In this document: positions 51,249-62,185 of the stretch, piece after piece
Position numbering within the stretch: the first letter of the stretch is position 1
Layout: each line of letters begins with the position of its first letter
Assembly: GCA_016906335.1 (NCBI GenBank)
Contig: JADEYG010000015.1
Span: 62,001-126,000, forward strand
Length of the DNA stretch: 64,000 nucleotides
DNA from: Novakomyces olei
Lineage: Eukaryota
Reading direction: 5' to 3'
Position numbers and translations under genes: made by a program
The notes under the pieces: generated by a model
What the model was told of the DNA's origin: nothing
What the model saw: only the letters and a program-made list of their open reading frames with translations
Databases searched by the model: none

Positions 51249-52925
51249 TCAGTTTACAATTTTCGGGTACACTATAGTGATTCCTTCGCCGCAATAAATC
51301 GTCTGCTCAACCTTAAAATATTGCCATTTATTCGTGTTCCATGGCCTTAATTTCACTCGTGTTGCCGGTGTCAGTTGCATATGTTCACTATCGGCGTTTG
51401 CGGCCTTTTTGTTTTGCAATAAAGGAATGTACGAAGGCATTGACACGTTTGCCCGTTTGCGATTGCCCTGCTGATATTCTTTATTGTCGCCCCACAAGTA
51501 AACGTCATAGCCCCAAGCTTCAGGGACAGTTTCAAGCCTTTTATTGGATTTAACAGTCTTTTCCAACTCTGAAATATCAGTGTACCCGTCCAATACTGCG
51601 GCCGTATGACTCGAGGACACAGACATGTACTTTATCGCGATTGGGCTCAATTCCTCTTTGCCCTCATTGTACTCGAAAAGACCCGAAAGACTCTTGATCC
51701 GCAAGGGGGTACCTTGACAATTTGACCAGGACCCATTACCAATCTGCCCTGTAATCCCATTACCAGCAGCATATAGCTGCAGGGACTCATGGGTCGCTGA
51801 AGGTTCTTGTGTTAAAAAGTACGTCATATTGCCTCCGGCAAATACGTTTTGAACTAGGCCGCCGCCTCTTTGTGGAACCAGGACGGGCGACGATTGACGG
51901 GCATTTAGAGGCTGATACTCCAGGCCCAATTGGCCATGAGCATTGCTTCCCAGTGTGAACGCCCTACCCGAGTCAGTCAGAAGAACACTGTGATTTGAAC
52001 CAGCAGCAATTTTAATAATTCTTTCATTAGCAATATCCTGAGCATTTTGCAGCGGCTGCCATTGGAACAAAGCTGATTGATCAAACTCAAAGTGTAAAGG
52101 GTCTAGCACTCCAAGTTGTCCATAATCAGCAGCTGATTCATGCAACCCGGCAGTGTAGACTTTGCCGGAGGCAGTTAGGCCCAACAAATGGTGATCTCCA
52201 GCTGCAATTGACTTAATTTGGATCCGTCCACTGCTTTTTACTGGACGGTAAGCAATACTTGCCCTTGACCGAGGCCAAAATGGGATCCATCCCCTTGATT
52301 CCCAGGGTTTTTCAGCTTCAATTTGCTGCCGGCTCTGTTCCAAGGGCAGAGCAAACACTTGACCAGAGGCGGACAGGGCCACCAAATAATCGGCACACAG
52401 ACAAATGTCTGTAATGTTTTTACCTCTGAGCGTCAACTGGGGAGTATGAAGCTGCGGATTAAACCTCGAGCCCCATTGCAACACGTCTCCCTTTTCAGTG
52501 ACGACTGCCGCTGAGCCAGATTTAGCATCGGCCACTACGGACCTCAAAGCAGTGCCATTAAAGTACGCCAAGGCCCGTGGCTCTTTGACACTTGTCTCTG
52601 CAGAGTCAGGGTCGGCCACGTGAGCTCGATTGCCTCCGACAAAAAGCGATTTCGGGTTCTGTAGGAAATCGAGCATCTGCATGACTCTGGCAGAAGGAGT
52701 ACGGGGCTTTTGAAAGGCAGACGAGGCCCGTGAGAGTATTGGCGTCTGACCAGATCCAGTATTAATACTGTCCGTATACCCACTGTCAGCATTCAGGCTG
52801 TTTGTATGGTACAGGGCGAATACGCCTGTTGCTGTTGCTGTTGCTGCCACGGCGACAACAGAATAGTACCGTTTTGCTTTGGGAACGGCCCGCGCTCTGG
52901 AAACTGCTTTTGCCGTGCTAAACAT
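51249..52925 (-). CDS. FMP25: Mitochondrial RCC1-repeat protein Fmp25
   Basis: Presequence plus TM; RCC1 repeats IAAGDHH and IAAGSNHS; GNGITGQIGNG, SLSGLFEYNE and WGDNKEYQQGNRKR. Confidence 0.82.
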   Translation of the reverse strand: MFSTAKAVSRARAVPKAKRYYSVVAVAATATATGVFALYHTNSLNADSGYTDSINTGSGQTPILSRASSAFQKPRTPSARVMQMLDFLQNPKSLFVGGNRAHVADPDSAETSVKEPRALAYFNGTALRSVVADAKSGSAAVVTEKGDVLQWGSRFNPQLHTPQLTLRGKNITDICLCADYLVALSASGQVFALPLEQSRQQIEAEKPWESRGWIPFWPRSRASIAYRPVKSSGRIQIKSIAAGDHHLLGLTASGKVYTAGLHESAADYGQLGVLDPLHFEFDQSALFQWQPLQNAQDIANERIIKIAAGSNHSVLLTDSGRAFTLGSNAHGQLGLEYQPLNARQSSPVLVPQRGGGLVQNVFAGGNMTYFLTQEPSATHESLQLYAAGNGITGQIGNGSWSNCQGTPLRIKSLSGLFEYNEGKEELSPIAIKYMSVSSSHTAAVLDGYTDISELEKTVKSNKRLETVPEAWGYDVYLWGDNKEYQQGNRKRANVSMPSYIPLLQNKKAANADSEHMQLTPATRVKLRPWNTNKWQYFKVEQTIYCGEGITIVYPKIVN

Positions 52926-53265
52926 GGTACATTAACCAAAAGTGATCGGGCCGAAGAGCGCAAACAGCGTAAGAAATAGCGAAAAATAGGCTCAAGAAAC
53001 CTGTTTAGCCTCCTTTGGCAAATGAATACTTGCACAAATGAGGCAGATTTAATTGTGCCGGCAGCCGTGTAACAAATCGCTACTCTCCTGTGAAAAATAG
53101 TGGAAAGCTGAAAAGATTATAGTCAATTAAATTAAAAGGCTGTGGAGCCGTAACAGAAATGCCGTTTGCCGTTCGTTCGACCGATCTTGCTCCTTATGTC
53201 ATCGGCGTGATTTTGATTTGTGGAGTTTGTATTTAACGATGCGACTGTGCACGCAAGATTGATTG

Positions 53266-53335
53266 TATAATATAATATAATATAATATAATATAATATAA
53301 TATAATATAATATAATATAATATAATATAATATAA
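53266..53335. repeat. (TATAA)n pentanucleotide microsatellite in the FMP25/U1A divergent promoter
   Basis: Seen directly in the sequence. Confidence 0.92.
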
Positions 53336-53406
53336 TTCAATTTCATGATTTAATTTTTTGATTTGGATCAACAAGTACGGAATTCGCTCAATAGATCCAT
53401 CAAACT

Positions 53407-54382
53407 ATGAGTCAACCGTCAGAAACGATCTATATCCGGAATATAAAAGGACGAGTAAAAATTCCGGGTATGTTGTCTGTTCCAAAAAGCTTTTAGGGCT
53501 CATTGCACTTCGAGCTTAAAGCTTTCTATTGGCTAACATGCATGATCAGTTTTAAAACAGACATTACGCGATATCTTCAAGGAGTATGGGACTGTCCTCG
53601 ATGTTGTGGCACATCGTAATATTCGGATGCGCGAACAGGCGTTCGTAGTTTTTGCTTCTAAAGAGGAAGCTGAAAGGGCTTTTATAGCCACTCAGGGACT
53701 TACTTTATTTAATTCTCCTGTTGAGGTTCAAATGGCCCGGAACCGATCAGACGCAATTGTTAAAAGGGATCAGCCGGACGAGTATGACGCTCACTTAACT
53801 GAGCGTAAAGCTAAAAGAGGTAGAATGAGTGGAGTCGTTTTGAAGTTTTTGTGTTTATCAGATGCATGCTTTTTCTTTCAACTGGCTCTATTAATTTTTA
53901 ATCTTTTCTATACATTTAGTTTTGAATTTATTGTTTACACATTCATTTTGAATTTTCGTATTTAAGTTTTCAATAATGATTTCATCTCGACTAACAAACT
54001 AGCTGCGGTGGATAAGGAATGGAAGCAAAAATTAGGGGAAAAAGCCAAAGAACAGGAAGAGAAAAAGGCTGCTCAAAAAATACAACGGCCAGCTCCTGTT
54101 CCAGCACCAGCTCCGGTACCTGTATCGGCTGTCGATTCCATCATAATTCCCTACCATATCCTTTTTATTCAAAATTTACCAGAAGACATTACTATCGAGA
54201 TTCTCAATGCCGTGTTTGGCCGATACAATGGATACCTCGAGTCCCGATTAGTGCCTGGACGAGCAGGGATTGCCTTTGTGGAATATGATACAGAAGAACA
54301 AGCGGGAGCTGCACGTACTGGTACTTTTGGTATGCGCTTAGGAGAGAACAAGGTTACCGTAAACTTTGCAAAGCGGACATAG
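53407..54382 (+). CDS. U1A/U2B'' snRNP protein (two RRMs), 3 exons
   Basis: ETIYIRNI, VAHRNIRMREQAFVVF, ILFIQNLP and RLVPGRAGIAFVEY. Confidence 0.9.
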
Positions 54383-54769
54383 TCGTGATGGCCACTGCAT
54401 TCGCATTATTGCTTGCTCATACTGAGCTGAATTATAAAAATAATATTTTTAATTAAATTGTTTTATTACATTTGGTTTTTTGTTGCTCCTTTTGTGTGCA
54501 ATAATGTAAAGTATTGTATTGTTTTATTGCCTTGGAATGAATAAAAAAAGATTCGTCAAATACGTAAAGAGCTGCTTTGGATAATATTAGAGTTAAATAT
54601 TATCATCATTTGAGTCATTAACTTGTAAAACATAACTCGGCATTTTAATACAAATCTCAATATATAGACATATCTTTGAACATGTTAAACGGTCAAGCAA
54701 GCATTTGCATACGGGGATATACAGGAAATAGGATATCAAAACAAGAGTAGTACGATAGGAAAAAGGAAA

Positions 54770-56056
54770 TCACCTCCTTCTTCGACGGCCCCCGTCCGAC
54801 CTATCGGCACGACGGTAACTCCGGCGGTCATCGACTTCGGGCCGATGCTTATTTGCTAATTTTTCTTGCAGCTGCTTCACGACTAGTCTCATACGCGCGT
54901 AGCCTTGGTGCAGTTTGCCAATAAAATGATCGGCCAGACGACGATCGTTATCGAGTTTGCTTAATAACGCAGCACACACATCACAGACTTGCAGCTTTTG
55001 TACATTATTATTAGAAGAAGAAGAGCTAATGCCTTCAGCCGCTGCTGCCGCTGCACTTTTGATTTTACGTTCTTGTTCTAGCAGTTGAACTCCGAGTCTT
55101 TGTGCCTCGTAAAAGAGGACTACCGCATCGTATACATCACCATTGTCGACATAGGCCTCGATTTCATTGCAAATGGCTTCCATTTCGTCCTCGATACCCT
55201 TGAGTTCTTGCAGCTGAACGTTAATTTTACGAATACTCGATGAAATGCAACAGTGAAATTGTAGAAACCAGACTAGAAAAGCCATGATAGGGAGAAAAGC
55301 TTAAATAAAAACGTTTTGAAGGGAAAATTGTTTGGGAAAGGTGCTGTACTCTTGTGTTATTTGACAAGAAAGCCTTTAGCGTAGATAGAAATTCTATAAA
55401 AAGCGGTAATCAAAGATGTCAAAAACATAAAACAATAGTCGAAATCTGGGGAAACTGAAAGCCAAGCTTATAACATGATGGTACATTGAAATGTGCGAAA
55501 GCTTTAACAACGTGTATTGCAAACATTAAAAATGGCCAAGCAAAAAAAAACAGCAGGAATAGAGAACAATATAACATGAAAACACATAGTCAAAAAACTA
55601 AATCTAATAAAATTCAAACCGTACCATTGCAGTCTGCTTTTCTATTTCTTCAGGACTGCGCTCCAAGCGCTGATATGTAATTTCAATCCGCTTATCGCAT
55701 TCGTCCACATATTTCGAAAGATCATCGAGCTGATCAAACTCAAACCCGACTGATTGTGTCGCACGCCAATGCTCATAGTCTGCTTTTAATTTGTCTGAAT
55801 GAATTTTTGGACAGGGACCAAGGTCCATTTTCTAAATTGTCAATCATCATAAGGCGCTCGACTTACAGTGCCGTTAAATAGGTCGTGAGGACAGTCACCA
55901 CATAGATACGAACGGCAGACCTTTGATTCTTTAAACGACATTTGGCCTTTGTTTGCTGAGCCCATAATTTCCGTGCCCATAAGTTGCTTTAAGTGTCAGT
56001 AACTTGCAAGTGAGATGAACAAATACCTCGAGCAGCTTACGCTGCTCGGACGCCAT
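54770..56056 (-). CDS. LUC7: U1 snRNP zinc-finger protein Luc7, 4 exons
   Basis: EQRKLLEQLMG, VCRSYLCGDCPHDLF, MDLGPCPKIH and QKLQVCDVCAALLSKLDNDRRLADHFIGKLHQGY. Confidence 0.95.
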
Positions 56057-56330
56057 ATTGCTCTAATGCTCAGGTGAGTCTAAATTGCAACGTTATTTTT
56101 ATGTTTTTATACGCAGGCTTATCAAAACGACACTGTTTGCCAGTACAATATTTATTCTAATCAATAATAAAATTTAAAAAAATCGAAAATCAGGAAGGAA
56201 AAAAAAAAAATAAATAAATAAATAATAAAATTAAAAGTAGTATTACAATAAGCAAAATAATAATAATAAATTATTCTCTTAATGCCATTGAATTTTGGAG
56301 CATTTCGACTCTGCGGCGCAACATTTGCTC

Positions 56331-57344
56331 ATGAGCCAGCATGGCCTTCGTGAAGCTAAAGATAATTTGCCTTTTACCAATGTATTATCCCATATTGAAT
56401 ACCGTCAGTTTGAGCCGAGTAAGCCTACCGTTTTGCTTTGTTTCCATGATTTATTCTTTCTTCTATTCTTCTTCTTTTTTAAATATAATTTGTGTTCTAA
56501 TCGACTAGTGTTCGTATGGGTCGCTCGACTCCCCGCACGGTACTCGCGAGCATTGATTGATTTGATAAAAACGACGGATTTTTTTGGCGATTTAAAGGGC
56601 GTTTCGCATTTACGGCGGGTACGGAAATTGCACTATGAAAAAGGTGTGAAAGCCACAGGAGACTCTTTAATCGAGATTCTTTTGTGCCAATGCAATGCAC
56701 AGTCTTTACCAGAGATCGAGCAATTTTTGAAGGCGCATTTGCCCCAAATGCCCTTGGCATATCACCAGCGTATTGCCAGCCAGTGTGTGGCAGTTACGAT
56801 GGAACAAGCGCGGGCTTGGAGCGTTTACTGGCCGGTCGAGTTATTCTCAGATTCAACGCGGCGTAGACCCGTGACGGGGAAACAGATTGAAGTTTACCGA
56901 TCACTGTTGGCAAAAGTCTCTGCTATTGCTTGCACTAGTGAGATTCCTATTGCTGCTCTCGCTTTTGATGAGCAAACCGATCGGGTAGTAGCCACGAGCG
57001 TGGATGCACGATGTAACGGGAATCCATTGGCTCACTGTGTATATTCGCTGGTGCACAAGGTCGCCGAACAGGAAAGAGCAGCCAGAGCAAATGGCCAGTC
57101 TGACGGGCAATACTTGTGCACAAATCTAACAATTGTAATGACCCACGAGCCTTGTGCTATGTGCGCCATGGCTCTCGTACATTCGCGAGTAAAACTCGTT
57201 GTTTTTGGTGCCGCGTGCCCAAAGACTGGAGCCTTTATATCGCACTATGGGTTGCATTGGCGTAAGGAGTTGAACCATCGATTCAGTGTCTACGGCTGCT
57301 GGGATGTTGAAATGCCACACATCGGCGAGGAGGTGTACGCGTAG
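56331..57344 (+). CDS. TAD3: tRNA adenosine-34 deaminase non-catalytic subunit, probably 2 exons
   Basis: HLRRVRK, WP, NPLAHCV (Val in place of the catalytic Glu), YLC, THEPCAMCAMALVHSR and LNHRF. Confidence 0.9.
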   Translation: MSQHGLREAKDNLPFTNVLSHIEYRQFEPSKPTVLLCFHDLFFLLFFFFFKYNLCSNRLVFVWVARLPARYSRALIDLIKTTDFFGDLKGVSHLRRVRKLHYEKGVKATGDSLIEILLCQCNAQSLPEIEQFLKAHLPQMPLAYHQRIASQCVAVTMEQARAWSVYWPVELFSDSTRRRPVTGKQIEVYRSLLAKVSAIACTSEIPIAALAFDEQTDRVVATSVDARCNGNPLAHCVYSLVHKVAEQERAARANGQSDGQYLCTNLTIVMTHEPCAMCAMALVHSRVKLVVFGAACPKTGAFISHYGLHWRKELNHRFSVYGCWDVEMPHIGEEVYA

Positions 57345-57536
57345 AAATAGAGGTTCGTTAGAGGACTTGGATTGGATATAATTGTATTTTTAGACTTGGA
57401 CGACAAGCGGGCTGCTGTTGCATATTTCCCTATCGAACGTTCTGTAGCTATTGCATTGCCATTACACCTCTAGTCTTGCGCTTGTACATATATAAATATT
57501 TATTTATTTGTTTATTTGTTTATTTGTTTCATTCCT

Positions 57537-58571
57537 TCATACAACGACAAAACTCGTACCGCACCCGCCTTGCACAAACTTGGCTCTGCCCTCAATCGCT
57601 ACCTTGTGTACATAATCAACATCGGCAGTCGTCCCTGTCCCACAATTACCGTGCTCGTTCCAGCCCCAGGCGTAGCAGTTGCAATCGTGAGTTCCCAAGC
57701 AATGCTCACTGCCAGCGCTTAAAGAGTCAAGCGGAGGAAGATGGCTCGGAGCAAACTGGGCGTGATTATTACGGCCATAGGAGACGACTTTCCCATCACT
57801 GCACAAGATGTGTAATGTCCCCCAGCCTGTCTGAATGTCCACAAGACCAGACGCTGCCTTTATACTGCGAGGAAGTCCCCATTTCTCTCCGCCCAAAACG
57901 TAAGCCGTGTCCTGCACTGCGATAACAGTGGCGTCCGGTAGGCATTTGACCTGCCTTACAAAGGGACCCGTGGGCGTTGTAGAAAGGGAGACTTGTTGCA
58001 GTCCAAAATCCAGCCCTACAGGCGAAAAAACATGTTTTAAATGCGTTAGCGACTGGCCCAATTGGCCCTTGCGACAATTCCCACAGCCCCATACACTACC
58101 ACCATCCTGAGCCACTGCTGCCCAATGGTTGAGGGAGCACGCTACAGAGCCAAAAGCTGGCATTTCGTGCTGAGAGAAAACCCTATGCAGACTTGTCCAG
58201 GTGGCAAACTGCCTTTCGGGCCCGAGAGAGCCCTTGTCGCAGTGTCCGCAGGCCCACAATTCGCCCGCTGTATCAAGGGCAAGAGACAAGTTCCATCCGG
58301 CAGCAATTGATTTGACGGTTATGTTTAGGGGCAAAATGCTCTCTGTAAACTGCTTTACAATCGGCTGTGGCCCCGTTCCACACTGGCCAGAGCTGTTTAG
58401 TCCACACGCGTAGACGCGACCATTGCCAGAGAGCAAAAGTGTATGATTTCCACCAGCCGCAATTGCTACAATTTCAGCGGGCGAACTTGGTACCGCGCTC
58501 GGGACGTGTACGTCGTCACACGTTCCTAACCCTAATTGCCAGTTTCCATTAGAGCCAAAGGCATACAGCAT
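57537..58571 (-). CDS. ATS1: RCC1-repeat protein Ats1/Kti13 (SERGEF-like)
   Basis: MLYAFGSNGNWQLGLG, AAGGNHT, AGSEHC, WGWNEHGNCG and GGCGTSFV. Confidence 0.82.
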   Translation of the reverse strand: MLYAFGSNGNWQLGLGTCDDVHVPSAVPSSPAEIVAIAAGGNHTLLLSGNGRVYACGLNSSGQCGTGPQPIVKQFTESILPLNITVKSIAAGWNLSLALDTAGELWACGHCDKGSLGPERQFATWTSLHRVFSQHEMPAFGSVACSLNHWAAVAQDGGSVWGCGNCRKGQLGQSLTHLKHVFSPVGLDFGLQQVSLSTTPTGPFVRQVKCLPDATVIAVQDTAYVLGGEKWGLPRSIKAASGLVDIQTGWGTLHILCSDGKVVSYGRNNHAQFAPSHLPPLDSLSAGSEHCLGTHDCNCYAWGWNEHGNCGTGTTADVDYVHKVAIEGRAKFVQGGCGTSFVVV

Positions 58572-58965
58572 TATACTGCAAAAGATGGACGGCAGGACGC
58601 ATCTTTTATTTCTACACTAAAACCGGGGAATGGCATATTAATTTTGTAAATAATACTGAGTTTGTTATATGTGTATATCTTTGTTTAGCAGTATATATAT
58701 ATTGAATTTTCTGTATATTTTATTTTCTTTACATTAATTTTTTTCATATATAATTTTTTGTACCATTGTCTTTGCTGCCTATTCCCAACTCAAGTAACCT
58801 TAGCTAAACAAATATGGTTTTAGCGTATCCGCATATCGGTTTAAGAGCAAGACACGCGTGCTGGTCAACCTTTACGCGCAGCGAAAGCCGCTGATCAAAT
58901 TTCCCTTTTGAGTGACCATTGAAACTGCTCTCTGGAAAGTTTAGACAAACTGTCCTGTAACGGAC

Positions 58966-61476
58966 ATGTCGCAGGTTTTTTCTGGGTCTGAAGAGACGGG
59001 CCCGCTGAAATTTTGGATACCTTTGACGTACGGGGACCGGGCGCATTGCCTTCGCACTATCAGAGTAAGCAAAAGAAAACTAAAATATCAGGGTTGCTGA
59101 TGCATTATGTGCTTTGTCTTATAAGGAACACGGTGGAGATGTTAGCAGAAGCGCAAAACAGCCAGGCGTAATTGCTATTGGAGAGCCAGGTCAGCAGGCG
59201 GTCGAGTATGACATAAAGTTTCTCTGGGACAGTATTGCAGCAGGCAAAGCTTTGCCCTTGGAACAATACAAAATTGATCCTTTAAGCCAGCAGGAGCTTA
59301 TTGGTAAAGTTCCGTTTGGCTCCAGTCGCGGACTGTAAGTCTTGTTTTTTTATTATTTTATTATTTTTTTGATAGATTATTATTTTCTTATTGTTCAATA
59401 AGTCATTACGTTTCTTTATTGCTGTCGGCAATTTTGTTTATGTCTGTCGCTATGTTGTTTTGAAATAAATGAACTTTTGGGTTTTGCTTTGCGGTTTGAT
59501 TATTTTACATTTAGATTTCATCTCGTTTCCCAAATACTTTTTCTCCACTTGTGCGATGGTCTTGTATATGATATTAATAGAATACAATTAACGCGGTCTA
59601 GTCGGTCAGAATTTACGTCAGAAGATGATCAAAAGATCGCTTTTGCCATTGAAAATATGTCTTTCCAAACAAATATGAGTGAACTTAGTCGCGAACTCGC
59701 TTCTAAAGTGCGTTGGGCCATATTTCACGTTTAATACTAATCCATAGTATCTTAATCACACTAAACAATCGTGGTACGAGCGTATAACTAAACGGTTCCG
59801 GGAGAAATATCTAGCTACTAAAGCGCGAAAGGGCCAAGAAGAAAACCATGATATCACTGAATTGAACAACAGATTAAATCATGAGCGACGAGCAAAAGCT
59901 GAGCTGCAGCAAAGGTATCATTACTAGAAAAAGGAGGAAATATAATAAAAATCAAAAACTAATAAACAAAGCTAATACGCATTTAAGTGTTAAAACCAAT
60001 TATAACAATAACATATCTAGTAAATAGTTTTTTGACAACAAATACTCCTCAATTTCTCATCTTACTAACATCAAGACAACAACTGCTGCGGCAATTTACG
60101 GAAGCAGATCACCGCTATCTCAAAAGTTGGCTTTTGGATCAAATGAATAAAGAGGGCAAGAACGCCTTGGACAATATCCAATTATATGCGAAAATATCCT
60201 ATCAAAGACCAATATACTCCGCCAGGGAATGGCAGATAGTTGCTCGGGCCAAACGGTACTATGGTCTTGCCGATGAGGACTCTGGAAATGAGCAGGAAAA
60301 GTATACAGGCTCGGTCGGAATTGCCTCTGAAGATGAAACAGATACAAGCGCTTCATCTCTCGGACAAACTGAAGCTCAAAATGCAATCCGTGAAAAAGAT
60401 GAGAGCAGGGAAACCGTCCCTGATTCTCAGGGATACGATTTTAGCCAAGGTCAACGTTCCAGAATGAATTCCTCTGTATCACAGCAATCCTATGACGAGT
60501 TTGAGCAGTATTCTAATCACTTGAAAAGGACTGCATCTCAAGCTGAAGCTAAAGAAAAGGCCGAAGAAAAAGGTGACCTCGGCAAAACTGAACAATTGAA
60601 GTCAGTTGAGTCGAATAGTCAAAATTCCATATCCCCTTTAGCAGAGTCTGGGCAGTTTAAAACGCCCGGAAATAACGTAACAGTGCCGACAGGCAACGAT
60701 TCCAGACCCAGTCCGATGAAAACAGCAGAGAGTCTACGCCATATTTCAGATGATCAGTACGTGCAGAGCAATTTGCATAAAAGATCAGCGCTAGAAATTG
60801 ATACTCCCTCGAAAACTTTATCCCAGTCGGAGACACAGCCGGCCAGGAAAAGGGCAAAATATTCTCATTTTTCACTGGACAAAGTAAAGAACCTTGGTGA
60901 AGGGCAAAAAATTGCTTTTTCACAGTCAGAATCGCAGGAAGTGGGAACTGACAATAAAAGTGCTGACAATAAGATACAGGTTGGTAATACGAATACCGAA
61001 ACCACAGAAAAGTCTGTGTCGCAATCGTCTGCTCGGGTAAATGAGGCAAATTTTGTTGCAAACGAAGATAGCCAGAATCAATCACCGACGGAAAATTTTA
61101 ATCACAAGCACTCGTCTGCCTCTGTTCAACGAGAAGCTGCGGCCGTTGGGAATGGGACTAATGCTGTTTTAAACGATAATTCGATTATAAACAATAATGA
61201 TACTTTAATCGACGAGGCGCACAAGTCTCTGGAAAGTCCTTTGTATCCTATTGATGTACAGTCGACTGTTACCACGCAAAAGCCGAAAAGAATACGTAAT
61301 AGCAAATCTCCTAGATCAGAGGCTTCTTCCAGCAGGTTCTCAGCATATGTGCAGGATCTGATGAAGGCTTACAGCCTTTCACGCGCTCAAGTGCTTGAGT
61401 GTGTGGATATGGGAACAGGAATACATCAGTACACTAACGTTGCCTGTGCTCTAGTCTCAAAAGATTTGCGTAAGTC

Positions 61477-61535
<59 letters not shown>

Positions 61536-61744
61536 TTTGTTTGTTTATTTAGTTATTCTTCTAATTCACAGCTATACCCGACTTTATCCCCGGTCTATGG
61601 ACAAAACAAGACGATATTGAAGTACTGCTTCCAGCTAGAGACCCAAGGCGCAGTCGTGTTGTAGCAAAACACGATCAAAATTTGGTAGACCAGCGATTGA
61701 ATTATTTGAAATCTCGATTCGATCTTGAACAGGCGATAGAGTGA
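58966..61744 (+). CDS. RAP1: Telomere protein Rap1 (BRCT, two Myb-like repeats, Rap1 C-terminal domain), about 6 exons
   Basis: BRCT-like HGG..FLWDSIAAGKALPLEQY; Myb RSEFTSEDD..HTKQSWYER; second Myb RQFTEADH..YSAREWQ; C-terminal IPGLWTKQDD..KH..RLNYL. Confidence 0.82.
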
Positions 61745-62070
61745 ATGTGAAGCGAGATTGTTTATGCTCGATAATTGTTTGTGTGGCTAGCGTGAATTCT
61801 ACACAATCAGTAATAGTTGCAACATATATATTGAAGACTGTGATTAACCCTAACCCTTCGTATATTGATAGCTAGCTGTAAGCACCAACTAACGGTGAGG
61901 CCTTGAGTGTTAAAATAAAGGAGACTGAAATATTGAGATTTTATTGTTATCGTTATCATGCCTGCTGTTTGAATTAATGCGTGTATGTAATTAGGTAAAT
62001 ACCAATTTGTTGGTATTTTAATTAATTTATTCTCAATTATTTCTTTAATTGTTTATTTAATTAATTAATT

Positions 62071-62119
<49 letters not shown>

Positions 62120-62185
62120 TTTCTTGCCATTATATGTACAAGCGGCTAGTGCCTCCGGCCACAATTCACTTATTATTAAAGCACA

